DNA of 64,000 nucleotides from Lama glama (Eukaryota). Both the position numbers and the translations under genes were made by a program. Shown here piece after piece: positions 38,621 through 51,948 of this stretch. The notes under the pieces were generated by a model, which worked only from the letters and a program-made list of their open reading frames with translations, was not told where the DNA came from and made no database searches. Positions within the stretch are counted from its first letter, which is position 1. Each line of letters begins with the position of its first letter. The stretch lies in the NCBI GenBank assembly GCA_028534125.1, contig CM052817.1, positions 66,962,001-67,026,000 of the forward strand, written 5' to 3'.

Positions 38621-39243
38621 TGTTACCAAACTGAACTTGGGTCTGCTCACATGAGCACAGTAAAGCCAATCTACCGACAGTGGGTTGTGGTGCAGGAAAG
38701 TGCAATATTTATTGCAGGGTGCCAAGCAAGGAGTGCAGGTAGCTAATGCTCAAAAGGCCCAAACTCCCATGGCTTTCAGGGAAAGGTTTTTGAAGACAGG
38801 GAAAGGAAGAATGTTGTGGGATGTGTGATCAGCTCATGGTCATTCTTCTGACTGGTTAGTGGTGAGGTAATCAGGAGTCAACATCATCAGCCTTCTGGTT
38901 CCAATTGGTCATGCTGTGGGAAACAGACAGTTAATGTCATTCACATGGTGGAGGTGTCAGTATCTAAAAAACAGCTCAAAGGATTTGGCTCAGGAGTTAT
39001 CTACAGAGCTTGAGAAGGAACTGTAGGCCCTTGACTTTGTTTAATGGCTAGATTATTATTATTTTGTCTTACTGGCTGCTTTCCTTTGTTTCCCCATTTT
39101 CTTCCCTGATTAAATTTATCCGTTGGAACTCAGGGAAGGCCTAGGAGGCTAAATTTTTTCTACAAATAAGAGGCAGGCAGAGGACATGGTGGGGAGTGGG
39201 AGGTTTGTTTTGAGAAGGCCCCATAGGATCCTGCTCGGTTACA
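38621..39243 (-). mobile_element. ERV1 solo LTR
   Basis: TGTTACC...GGTTACA inverted termini; 4-bp TSD GATG (38617-38620 and 39244-39247); antisense AATAAA. Confidence 0.9.
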
Positions 39244-39538
39244 GATGCATACATAGAACAGACATTCAGTACACAACTATTCTATGCTGGGAGCTATGAA
39301 GGATGAAAACAGTATCGGCCTCCAGAAGTTAAATGAAAGTATAATTGCAGAACATTTATCATTTATAAGACAAAAAGTGTGTATTTTATTTACAAAAAGT
39401 CATACTAATTAAGATATTCTTTGCTGAATTTAAAGCAATATTTTGACTAATGGTGTCCTAGATTTTCCGGGTAAATGCAGTTATTTATCTTTTGTTCATA
39501 TATCCACATGGCTAACCTTCACTTTGCCAAGTGTTTTT

Positions 39539-40208
39539 TATTTATTTAGTTAGTTAGTTATTTATTATTTTAACATTTTTTATTGAGTTATAATCATTTT
39601 ACAATGTTGTGTCAAATTCCAGTGTAGAGTACAATTTTTCAGTTATACATGAACATATATATATTCATTGTCACTTTTTTTTTGCTGTGAGCTACCATAA
39701 GATCTAGTATATATTTCCCTGTGCTATACAGTATAATCTTGTTTATCTATTTTACATTTTGAAATCCCAATCTATCCCTTCCCACCTCCCTCTCCCTTGG
39801 CAACCACAAGTTTGTATTCTATGTCTATGAGTCTGTTTCTGTTTTGTATTTATTTTTTTTATATTCCACATATGAATGATCTCAGATGGTATTTTTCTTT
39901 CTCTTTCTCGCTTACTTCACTTAGAATGACATTCTCCAGAAGCATCCGTGTTGCTGCAATGGCATTATGTTGTCGGTTTTTATGGCTAAATAGTATTCCA
40001 TTGTATAAATATACCACCTCTTCTTTATCCAGTCACCTGCTGATGGACATTTAGGCTGTTTCCATGTCTTGGCTATTGTAAATAGTGCTTCTATGAACAC
40101 TGGGGTGCAGGTGTCATTTTGAAGTAGGGTTCCTTCTGGATAGTCCTGGGTTCCCAGGAGTGGGATTCCTGGGTCATATAGTAAGTCTATTCCTAGTTTT
40201 TTGAGGAT
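39539..40208 (-). mobile_element. Young L1 3' end, same family as 22334-23623
   Basis: Antisense ORF2 end (TWKQPKCPS, WYIYTMEYY) and a 3'UTR matching 23320-23618; TSD-like CCAAGT..TTTT at 39527 and 40209. Confidence 0.96.
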
Positions 40209-40239
40209 CCAAGTCCTTTTTTTAAATGACATTTTCTTA

Positions 40240-40500
40240 ATTAGCCCATACTGATGACTCCATTTAAAAGTGTAACCAGCCCCACCCCCACCATTCAACC
40301 CACTTCATCCTTCCTTGCTAGTTTTTTCTTTTTCCATTATATTTGTTATCATGTAGAATGCTATTCAATTTACTAATCATTTGTTTATATTCTATAACTG
40401 CTGTAAGAATGTAAGCTTTGTGAGGGCAGAAGCTGTTTAAAATTTTTTTCCTGTTGTTTCTATTTTATTCACCAATACATCCAGGCCAATCTGCTGCCTA
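40240..40500 (+). mobile_element. L2 3' fragment
   Basis: 'agaatgtaagctttgtgagggcag' is a typical L2 3' motif. Confidence 0.6.
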
Positions 40501-41079
40501 AAAATGTTCACTCTTAACTTTGTAATTAGTTTTAATATGCAAACTTGTTGCCATGACAGGAAAGATTCTAGTCTACCTTTTTACTCTCTGACACTTTCCA
40601 CCCCATTTTACTATCATCTTATTGCTGCAAACTGGTCTGCTTGTGAACTACTCAAGCTTGTACCTTGTCTCCTACTTTTTGAGGACCAGGTAATGTTAAT
40701 GTAGAACCTTTTAATTTTCATGATAGCACCTGTACTATAAAATCATAACTTGTTTTTATTAGTGTCTTTCAGAAATGAGACTCTAAATAATAGTGCACTC
40801 TCCATAATTACTTGCTTAATAAATATCTTGGAAACAAACTGAGGACACAAAAGCTAATAGGCTTGGTCTACAAACCATGCTAGAATCATCACAAAGAGAA
40901 AATGATGCCTTCAACTGCCAATTGGATTATGGACTCATTACCTGAATTTCTCCTACCATAATCATACATCTGCTCTGACACATTATTTCTACTGAAACAT
41001 ACATGTTTATGAGCTTCCTTCCCCCTAGAGTGATGCTCTATTTCTGTTTTGTTCCTAGTAGACTGTAGAGTACCACAGA

Positions 41080-41260
41080 ATAGTTAAGAAATCTGTCTTT
41101 GGAATCAGAGGCCCTAAATTTGAATCTACTACTTATTAGCTCATTTTATTACGCCACTGCTTCCCCACTCCTTAAAATAATAGTCCTTAAAATACAGACT
41201 TGATATGAAGATTAAGTGAGTTATTGCCAGATAAATTACCAGGAGCTTATGAAGCATCAG
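41080..41260 (+). mobile_element. MIR fragment
   Basis: 'tttggaatcagag...ttgaatctactacttattagc...tgaagattaagtgagtta'. Confidence 0.6.
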
Positions 41261-42491
41261 TGACTACCAGTAATCTTACCAGTATTGTTAGAATGAGAGT
41301 TCCTTAAAGGCAGAAACAAGGTCATATTTTGAGGGCATCCATTGTGCATGCATCAGTGCCTATCCCCCAGTAGAATAAATATTCTAAAATGTACCTGGTT
41401 TAGATTATCTCAGTTTTTAGCTGAAATTAAAAAAAAACAATGTGTGTCTGTGTCTGTGTCTGTGTGTGTGTAAACATCTTATCTTAAATTACCCTGGCAA
41501 AATTAAGCATCCAACAGCAGTCTATTCAAAATCAGGATTATTTAATATTTTATAGGGAAAGCTAATAATTCTGAAATGAAAATTATGTGGGTGATAACAT
41601 ATATAATGGTAGTGACACCTTCTGATGTTTAGCTGGGCTGTTTTTGGGTTCTAAGCTTCGCTTGTTTATTCAAGGAATAGCCTAAAGGTTCACTGTCAAA
41701 ACGGAATTCAGATAAATAGGATATGAGTCACAGAAACCTGGTTTTAGCCATTTGTTACAGTGACTGTTGTTATTCTTTTCACGTGAGTCTTGGGATAATG
41801 TAGGGGTCAAGGAACATTTGTCAGGACTCTATTTCACTCAAGGTTGTGAAAGGTAGTACACATTTGTTATTTAGTAGCACAGATCCATCCATTCATTATT
41901 TTAGCATCACTACTTTAATTTGTTGTGGGGAAATTATCCGAGGTGCTTCCAATGAAACTTACTCTATCCCCAGTTCTAACTGTGGAAATTATCACCTCTG
42001 CTGAGTTACTCAGTCTGTCTTCTGCTGACCAAGATAGCTTGATAGATGAAGGACATGGCCCAAGTCAACCAATCAAGCCACTGTAATTCAGTTCTAGAGC
42101 TTTTCCTTGAGTTATGAGGGAAAGAAGACTCTTACTGGATGATGTAGACAAGAGAAGATGTACCGGACGAAATGTGACAATTATTCTGTAAATAATACAG
42201 GCTTGAGAATAGAGCCCAATTTAGGGATGCAGTTTAGAAAGATTAGAGATGGCACATTCAGTTCATGTTTACATAGTTTGAGACCTGTATCATTTCATAA
42301 TTAAGATTAATATACATTGTACTTTTCAGTTTTAAACTAACAAATATGCTTTTCTTTGAGTAAATTTCACCCAGGCCTTTTGCTGTTTGTAACAAAAAAT
42401 ATACTGATACATGGTTGTTATTGTGCTTCTCTTTAATCTTTAACTCTTTAATTTAATTTAATTTTACTTTAATTTAACTCTTTAATCTTGC

Positions 42492-42737
42492 TTTTTTAAA
42501 TTGAAGCATAGTCAGTTTACAATGTTGTGTCAATTTCTGGTGTGCAGCATAATGTTTCAGTCATACATGAACATATATATATATATTCCTCTTCATATTC
42601 TTTTATATTACAGGTTACTACAAGATACTGAATATAGTTCCCTGTGCTATACAGAAGAAACTTATTGTTTATCTATCTTACATATACTAGTTAGTGTCTG
42701 CAAATCTCAAACTCCCAATTTATACCTTCTCATCCCC
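42492..42737 (-). mobile_element. Short L1 3' end
   Basis: Antisense of the 3'UTR seen at 60630-60885; TSD TAATC(T/A)TGCTTT at 42483 and 42738. Confidence 0.92.
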
Positions 42738-45159
42738 TAATCATGCTTTAATGAAACGAAGTTGAGTAATACTATCGATCAACTAGTCTTGCTGCCAGAT
42801 TATTGCCTGCTTTTGCCTGCATTTGGTAAATATGCCAACACTTACTCTCCATTCCTATCTGCTGAAGCAAAATAACAAAAATATAACAAAGAAATGTCCT
42901 ATACAGTGCTTACTGATGTTCATATCATTATCAATTCAGTCTGTGTCATATAAAAATAGATTTCATTTCCTCTGAAACAAGAAGATAATCTTTTTTTTTT
43001 CCTCTAAAGGAAAAGGTACATCTTTCTTTTATTCACTTCTACTTTTATTTCTCTTTAAGTTTTATGATCCTATGGGAAATTTTTTCACCATTTATCAGTT
43101 AATAACTAGTTAGGCTTTTGAGAGTTTATAGATAAAAGAATGCAGTGTTAGTGTATGAGATTGCCAACAGAAAACACATTTTTACTTTTGGTATCTGTTC
43201 TTTTCACTTAGTCTCTCTTTCTGTGTATCTGTATAGCTGTGGCTAGAGACTCAAGCTCATTACAAAGTTGATATCATGAGCTGGATCTTCTAAGGAGCAT
43301 AGAAATCAATATGTTTTAAGCTTCTTTTCTTATCATTAGACTACTGGGTAGTTTATCATTCTGAATTATGTTAAAATTAATATTTATGAGTACAATTCTG
43401 ATTATTATTATTATCAAGTTATACAAAATATAAGACTATCATGTAGCCTTATTTTGACCAATTATTTTTTACAAGACAAAACACATTGGTCTTAATATTT
43501 GAATATATTAGAAACATTTAAAATACTTTAAAATCCTTATACTTTCTAAGAGTCTTCTCAAGACTTACACTTATCACTGCAAATATTAATATTCAGAATC
43601 CCTGCTTTTGTTAAAATCAGGAACATTTGATAATTATTCAAAATTAAATTTTTTGTAGGCCTTTACACAGCCATTTTTAAGGGTACATTTATTTCCTAAG
43701 AATTTTATGATAATACAGTTTTTTCTGGAACAGTATTACTTATCATGTTCTAGTATGTCTTGCCTAATTACTGAAGCTCCAAAATCAAATAAATCAAATA
43801 CTCTGGTGATTATGCCTATCCTCAAATAACCTCAGTATCTCCCATAGCTTTTAAATTATGAATTTTAATTTTGTTTCATAGTTTTAAGGTTTCATAGTTT
43901 TACTTTTAAGTTTTTCTACAGGGAGAGGGTACTTAGTAGAAAGATGTTTGAAACAGAAAAAAGAGAATAAAAACAAAGTCACTATGAACATCTCAGAGAA
44001 GCTCACAAAAGGAAGATTGAAAGTGACCTCACCAGGCTGGTGTTTCTTTTTCCCTTAAACGCTATGAGATGACTACTAAATGTTTTGTGTGTGTGTGTGT
44101 TCAGATCAAAATAAAATAATACTCCTCTTATAGTTTCTCTTTTATAATATGCTCTGCTTTCCCCACCTCTATAAACCGACATTTACTGTGATGCTATGCT
44201 TTGTGTTGGGAAAACGTGTGTGCCTTAGTGTATGTGTTTCCTGGGGTTATGGGAGTTGTTCTGATTCTCTCTCTTACGACTTACATCAAGTCCTAGTGTT
44301 GCCGAGGGACGCTTAGTGTGCCATGGAGTTACAACACTTGCATTGCCACAAAAACAGCTGTTACATTCTCCAGTAGTTTTGACTTCAAGGATCCTAGTAC
44401 CTGAGTCTTTTCTATCCTACGTGCTACTGTGAGCCCATGAATAAACTTACTTCACATACCCTGATTTGGCTTGTGGCATTGAAGTTGCAAAAGTGTTTCC
44501 TCCTGTGTTCTTAAAGTCAAGCATGGGCCAATGTAGAAAAAGCAAGAGAAGTCAAGCCAGATTTAGCTAGGTCAAGAAAGTTAAGCACCCAGTACCTAAT
44601 ATTAAGTAAAATGGGAAGAATTCTGAGGAATTCAGCTAGAAAACTGTGTCCTAAGTAGTAACCACAGTAAAAAATCATGCTATGATTTAAAACTATGAAT
44701 GTCTCGCCATCTTTAGATGCTTGTGGTGAACCTCTCATTGAAGACTTTTGTGGCTTCTTCTGTAAATAACTCAAATAGTTTGTACTGATTTTTACTAGAG
44801 TGAGCCTAATTGTAGTACAAGGCACAAATATCCACATTAACCATTTTTTCAGAGAGAATTAGCTCTCAAACTGTTCCTTCTCCCCTGACGCTAACCACCC
44901 CCCCCAAAAAAAAAATCCCTGCACTTGACTTGACCCAGTGGAGACTAGTTTCCATGTTTGTTAAGCCACATCATCAGAAGTAGGGTAACAAATGTCTATT
45001 TATTTTCATCTGACATGAAAAGTTTGTACTTTAAATAGAGAAATGCTTACTATGGCTTAGATACACCTACTTGCTGGTAGTATAGTAATGATCCTTAGTA
45101 CAGCTGTTCTGCTTAGTAATATATAATCTTCAAATCCTATGTGTTAACTCAACTGTGGA

Positions 45160-45885
45160 AGTTGTTTGTTTCTTTTAGATTCCACATGTAAGTGATATCA
45201 TATACTTCTCTCTCTGTATGACTTACTTCACTTAGTATAGTAATCTCTAGATTCATCCATGTTGCTGCCAATGGCACTATTCCATTCTTTTTATGGCTAA
45301 GTAATATTCCGTTGTGTGTGTATGTGTGTGTGTGTGTGTGTGTGTGTATACACACAATGTGGTATCTTCTTTATTCATTCATCTGTCGTTGGACACTTAG
45401 GTTGCTTCCATGTCTTGGCTATTATAAATAGTGCTGCTGTGAACACTGGGATGTATGTATCCTTTTGAATTAGAGTTTTCTACAGATATATGCCCAGGAG
45501 TGGGATTGCCAATCATATGGTAACTCTATTTTTAGTGTTTTAAGGAATCTCCACACTGTTCTACACAGTAGCTGCACCAATTTACATTCCCACCAACAAT
45601 ATAGAAGGGTTCCTTTTTCTCCATACCCTCTCCAGCATTCATTTGTAGACTTTTTATGATGGCCATTCTGACTGGTGTGAGGTGGTACCTCACTGTAGTT
45701 TTAATTTGCATTTCTCTAATAACTAGTGATAATGAGCATCTTTTCATGTGCTCATTAGCCATCTGTATGTCTTCTTTGGAGAAATGTCTATTTAGGTCTT
45801 CTGCCCATTTTTTGATTGTTTTTGTTTGTTTGTTTGTTTTGTTATTGAATTGCATGAAATGTTTGAATTTTCTGGAAGTAAATCT
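45160..45885 (-). mobile_element. L1 ORF2 3' fragment with embedded (TG)n
   Basis: Antisense [36 protein letters not shown]. Confidence 0.95.
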
Positions 45886-45924
45886 TTTTATTATTGTTAG
45901 GTCTTCTATATCATATAAAGAAAT

Positions 45925-46253
45925 CCTTGCTCAGAATGTGACTCTATTTGGAAATAGGGTCTTTAAAGAGGTAATTAAGTTAACAGGAGGTAATTAGGGT
46001 GAACCCTAATCTAATATGACTGATTTCCCTATAAGAAGGAGAAATGTGGGCATAGAAAACCACAGAGCAAAGACCATGTGAGAACACAGGGAGAAGATGC
46101 TGTCTACAAGCTAAGAGGAGCCTCAGAAGAAACCAGCCCTACTAACACCTTGACCTAGAATTTATATTGTCCAGAACTATGAGAAACATTTTCCATTGTT
46201 TATGCCATCCAGTCTCTAGTGCTTTTTTCTAGCAGCCCTAGAAAACTAATGCA
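45925..46253 (+). mobile_element. MLT1A/B-like MaLR LTR (5'-truncated)
   Basis: 'ctcagaatgtgactctatttggaaatagggtc...agcagccctagaaaactaatgca'. Confidence 0.85.
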
Positions 46254-48462
46254 GGAAACATTTTCTTGAACTTGTTTATTGGATAATATATTACTTGTCA
46301 TATCATTTCAAATTCCTTGATGAAATTCAAGTGAAGGAGGCTAATCATTTTTTATGCCTTTAAGGCTCATCTTGTGGTATTGGACATGTAGTTTATTTGC
46401 CTGTTTTAATGAAAATAAACATTGGTATTCTTTGATATTAAGTGTTTAATCGAATTTTATCCAGTACTGGAAATACACTTACTTCAGGTAGTCTGAGGCT
46501 TCAATACCATATCTGAGTAGAACTTTCCTCTAAATTTTATCTAATTCATTACCTCACCATAAAATGGTTAAGGAAGATCAATGTCAGATTTGTTTATGAA
46601 AGGCGGGTACCATGTTAATAAAATGGAATGACAATGAAAATAACATTTAAAGATGACTTCAATTCACAGTGTTGCTAGCTGGCTTCTTTTTTCTTTTTTT
46701 CACTAAAAGAAGCAAACTAGTTGAGACAATAGGAAATTGGCTTCTATTTCTAATCATTGACCTCTAGGATGAATAAATCAAAAGGGAACAGTCCTCTAAC
46801 ATGAAGTAAAATCCTTAGGGGAGTTGGACAAGCAAAGAAAGGCATGTGCTTATAATGAAAAATAGAAAAAAGTAGACTGGGTAAAACAGAAAGCTAAAAA
46901 AGCAAAATTTAGGGGTCAGAAATCTGTTGTTCGTAGAATGTGAATAACGTTTTGAACCCAGACCTAATCCCCTGGCTTCCTTGTTTGAAAAATGAACTAA
47001 AGTCTGAGGACCAGAAGCAGTCAAGCCGTGTCTAAGAGGTGCTACTAATATCTCATCCATCACCATCCATAGCCAACTCGATCAATGCCCCACAGCAATG
47101 AGCATCCCTGTTGTCTTGGGACCATGAATAAGAAAATAGAGGTAAAGTTTTTGTTTATTAATTCCATATTTGTCCACTGAGTGCATATTTTTAAAAGTGC
47201 TTAATAAATGTGGTCAGTGTCTGATGATGAGTTAGAAAACATTAGAGTGAGTTCTTTCCTTTGCCCTCAGTACTTCTAGATAATTCAGGGGCCAAGTGGA
47301 ACAGTATCCATTATAAATGACACGGTTTTATAAACAGGCATTTCAAATGCCATAGACATATGAATTAACATTTTCTTCTATTCCATAATTACTTAATTAT
47401 TATCAATTAAGAGCATGGCATGAGCATATGGTAGCTTCTCATCTGCTCATTTCTTCCTCTCAATTTGTTGTTGTCATTAATTAGTTGATGCTGACAGTGT
47501 TTAACCAAATCAAACTAATTAATAATAGTCCACTAGGTCAAAGCCTTTCTCTTTGCATCTTATGCTCATTCGTCAGTAGCTGACTTCTATAATATTATCA
47601 AAATTGAGTAGAATAAAATATTTTGGGGACAAACATTTTGATGAAAACTATTTGAAGATTCCTAAATTTATGTCATTTGTAATACCTGTGTCATATTACT
47701 TTATTTTGACTATGCTAAACATTTGAAATATCCTTTCCCTTGAGATTTTTCCTATTTTATTTTATGGAAATAAAGATATAAATTCCTCTTTTTTTTTTTT
47801 TTGTCTTCAAAACCATATGTATATTCCTTATAGTGCAGGATACAGTAGGGAAAAAACAGCCTTGAGTACTAGCTCCCCTAGTGAAAACTATTGCTGAATT
47901 TTTATCTGATATTGTGCTGCCTCCTCTTCTGGTGAAGAAAAACTGTTGGATACCCTGCATTAGTGCTCAGATTCACTGTCAAGGTGGAGTAGATAGGTGA
48001 CTCTACTGGAAAATAGTTAATTTTTTTTTATGAAAGGGTTAATAAAAGTAATCATGGAAAGTAAAATGGTGACATTAGCTCTATCTGTACACAGATTTCC
48101 CTATTTAAGAACAAAACCTGAAAATCAGAAAACGAAACTCTAATTGGATGTATGGATAACTGGATGAAGCAGCCCCAAGCAGGTCTCCCAAGTTTTGTCT
48201 TCCCTCAAGGTTCTCTCATGCCAAACATTACTGCCAAACTCTCACCATACACCAGACCTTCAAAGCTCTAGCTTTGTCATAAACAACACACTTCCCATGA
48301 AACTCATTTACACAGCTAAAGCTTTTGATTAATTTTATAAACGAAGAACAATAGCAAAATAAACACAAAATACAGGAGTGAAGCAGTCTGGCTTATTGAA
48401 GGCAGAACCTAGTTAGGGTTCATGGACCTCCTTTCAAGTCTTGGCCTACATATGTGGTAGCC

Positions 48463-49170
48463 CAATAGTTCTCACATTTTTTGGATCTCTAGATTCCTTT
48501 ACTCTCTTAAAATATTGAGGGTGCCATAAAATTCTGCTTATGTGGACTAAATTATCAATGATTACTATATTTTAAATTAAATGGAAATTTTGAAAATAGG
48601 GGAGTGGCTAGGTTCCAATATGTGTTCCATCACATGTTGACATAAGTAGCATATTTTTATAAAAAGTAATTATATTTTCTAAAACAAAAATAAATGCAGT
48701 GAGAAAAGTGACAGTTGTTTCACATTTTTGCAAACACTTTAACATCTGGCTTAATGAAATCGAACTGAATTCTTATGTTTGTTTCTGCATTATAATTTCT
48801 TGCAATATATTGTGTTGCTTTGAAATATATGAAGGAAACACAACCTCATACAATTTTATAGATGGAAAGCATGGGAGACATTAGTATTTTTATATCTTTT
48901 CAGATAATTATGAATATTCTTGGATTCTACACAAAAATTTAACAACTGGTAATGTCTTAGAGATTAGTTACAATATGCAGTCTGAAATAGTATGAATTAA
49001 CTTTTTGTATATACTCTGTTACATTAAAACCCATACTATAGTTTACTCATTGAGTGGAACTTTCACTTTTAATTGTGAATGGTAATATAATACTATGCAT
49101 TGATTACTTGGAAAGTATTTGGCTCACAGAATTTATGTCAAGCATATGGTGGTAGATGCAACTATCCCAT
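48463..49170 (+). mobile_element. Charlie1-like hAT DNA transposon relic
   Basis: Terminus 'caatagttctcacattttttgg..cctttactctcttaaaatattgagg' and internal 'gtgagaaaagtgacagttgtttcacatttttgcaaa'. Confidence 0.8.
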
Positions 49171-49189
49171 ATTAAAATACACTCTGTTT

Positions 49190-50785
49190 CCTTTCCTTGG
49201 AGAATGGTACTAGTAACCAAGATCTGGTACTATGTGTGCTTGTTGCTACTGGGATGTTGTTGTTTCTAGGCCTTCTCAGTTGACAGAGGAACTGTATGTG
49301 TATATACAAATCCATGTGTGTGTGTGTTTGTGTGTGTGTGTAACCATTCATATCTATATTAAGGTAAACATGAACTCATGATGATGTTCCTAACTCTGAT
49401 CTATTGACACATAGATTATTCTAGCCTACTCACCTTGCTTATCTATATACTCCTTCTGCACCAGTGAGAAAGCTGGTTTCAATCATTTGATATTCATTTA
49501 TTTAATGATTCAGTTCCAGTATTCATGTATAGTGGCACCATAATTGTTAATTTGGATCTCCATGAGAAACAACTTTGTCAGCTGGAGTCAGTGCTTTGTA
49601 TAGTTTTTTTTTACCTTTAGTCACCAAATCTATTCATTTCCAAAATTACTTAAGTCAGTAATTTTTACTCCATCCCCTTCAGTGAAATGAATTCATATAT
49701 GAAGAACAGTTAGATTCTCTTGTCAAAACAGTATGCATTTCATTCTGAAATCTCCTGACCTCCTAAATGATTCTTTAAAATTTGCATACATTAAAATTCA
49801 CTCTTTGTTCTGTAAATTTTTATGAGTTTTGACAAAAGCATGTATCATATATCCACAATTATATAATACAGAATAGATTAATCATCTTAAAAAAAAAAAA
49901 CTTGTTCTTCACATATTCATTTCTCTTCCTCCCAAGCCCCTAGCAAACACTGCTCCTTTTACCATCACTATACCTTTGCCTTTTCCAGAATGTCATATAA
50001 TTGGAATCATGTAGTAAGTAGCATTTTCAGACTAGCTACTTTTATTTAGCAATATGTACTTAAGATCCATCCATGTCTTTTAATAGTTTGATAATTCATT
50101 TCTTTTTATCACCAAATAATATTGTCTTATATAGATGTACCACAGCTTGCTTATCCACTCAGTTATAGAAGGACACATCCATTGATTCCAATTTTTGGCA
50201 ATTATAAATAAAGCTGCTATAAGCGTTCACATGCAAGTCTTTGTGCGAACGTAAGTTTCCAACTCACTTGGGTACTATGGTCTCAATGTTTGTATTCCCT
50301 TCAAATTCACATGCTGGAATTCTGAAGTCCAATGTGATTGTGTTAGGAGGTGAGGCCTCTGGGACTGGATTAGGTCATGAGAGTGGAGCCTCATGAGTAG
50401 GATTAGTGCTCCTACGTAAGGAATCCCACAGACCTCTTGGCTAGCCTCTTCCACGTGAGGGTGCGGTGAGAAGCTGGCAGTCTGCAACACAGACTGATCA
50501 TGCTGGCACCCTAATCTTTCAGCCTCCAGAACTACAGGAAATAAGTGTTTACTGTTTACATGCTGCTCAGTCTATGGTATTTTATTATAGCAGTCCAAAT
50601 GAATTAAGGTAATCAGAACGCCTAAGAGTGTGACTGCTGGATTTTATGGTAAATTGCATTAGGTTTGTAAGAAACTGCTCATCTTCTTCCACAGTGGCTT
50701 CATAGTTTTGCATTCCCATGAGCAATAAGTGAGAGTTCCATTACTCTGCATCCTTACCAGCAACTGGCATTGTTAGTTGTTTGGT
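49190..50785 (-). mobile_element. L1MC-type 3' region interrupted by an MLT1A0-like LTR
   Basis: 'tttgccttttccagaatgtcatataattggaatcat'; ORF2 end resumes after 50612. Confidence 0.82.
50273..50611 (+). mobile_element. MLT1A0/MST-like MaLR LTR
   Basis: 'ggattaggtcatgagagtggagcctcatgagtaggattagtgc...cagcctccagaact'. Confidence 0.88.
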
Positions 50786-50789
50786 ACGC

Positions 50790-51570
50790 AAGGCCTCCAC
50801 CCTAGTTGTATGGAGGGCAGAGCATTGAGCCCAAGAGAATTATTCTTGTGCCTTAAGTTCCAGTAGAACTTTCCGTGTTGGGTTTTGGACTTGCACAGGA
50901 CCTGTCACTCCTTTCTTTCCTATTTCTTCCATTTGGATTAGGAAGGTTTATCCTACTCATGTCCCATCATTGTATTTTTTTAAGCACATAACGTGTTTAA
51001 TTTCACAGATTCGCAACTGGAAAGGAGTTTGTCTCAGAATGAATTGTACCTTGAGTCTCATCCATATCTGAGTTAGATGATATTTAGATGAGATTTTGGA
51101 CTATAGACTTTTGAGTTGATTCAGTACGAGTTAAGGTTCTTGGGGCTTTTTGGATGTAGTGAATATATTTTGCATGCAAGAAGAATATGAATTTGCTGGG
51201 CAAGGGGTGAAATGCTGTAGACTGAATATGGACCCCCAGATTTGTATGTTGAAACCTAATTCTCAATGTGATGCTATTTGGAGGTGAGGAGTTTGAGAGG
51301 TGATTGGGTCATGAAGGTGGAGTCCTCGTGAATGGGATTAATGACCTTATAAGAGACCTCAGAGAACTCCCTTGCCACCTTTGCCCTTTGAGCTTACGGA
51401 GAAAAGATGGCCATCTATAAACAGGAAGCAGGCCCCACCAGGCATCAGATTTGCTGGGTGCCTTGCTCTTGGACTTCCCAGCCCTCAGAACTGTGAGAAA
51501 TAAATTTATACTGTCTATAAGCCACTCAGTTTATGGTATTTTTTAATAGCAAACCAAATGGAATAAGGTA
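50790..51570 (+). mobile_element. MaLR internal 3' end, PPT and MLT1A0-like LTR (LTR from about 51213)
   Basis: MLT-int 'gggttttggacttgc...ttagatgagattttggact'; purine tract before TGCTGTAG. Confidence 0.85.
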
Positions 51571-51796
51571 ATTGGATAATTAAAATTTAGGTAAATAGGC
51601 ATTCACCATGAGTATTTATGTTAATCTCACTAGGACTTAGGCTGTGTTTAATATTTGTTGTACCTATTGGTACAAGAGGCTTCAAATTCTTCCAGGGTTC
51701 TTGTTTTGTTTTCTCTGTTGGTCTTAGGGCTCTCCTAGGTATTGCTTTTGTATATACTTATTAGAACTTTTAGAAGATCATTTTAGATGTGCTCTT

Positions 51797-51948
51797 TTTA
51801 AAAAATTATTATTGAAGTATAGTCAGTTACAATGTGTCAATTTCTGGTGTACAGCATAATGTTCTAGTCAGCATGTATATGCACAGGGATCTATATTCAA
51901 TATCTTGTAATAACCTTTAATGAAAAAGAATATGAAAACGAATATATA
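51797..51948 (-). mobile_element. About 150-bp L1 3' end with internal inversion (twin priming)
   Basis: Antisense terminal part followed by the sense upstream part of the same 3'UTR; TSD TAGA(T/A)GTGC(T/C)CTT at 51784 and 51949. Confidence 0.85.

Noticed and set aside
44185..44500. Possible ancient Gypsy-like LTR fragment
   Set aside because: Only an AATAAA and a vague resemblance; no termini or TSD.
50273..51570. Single intact two-LTR MaLR provirus
   Set aside because: L1MC sequence continues between the first LTR and the internal fragment, so these look like separate insertions.
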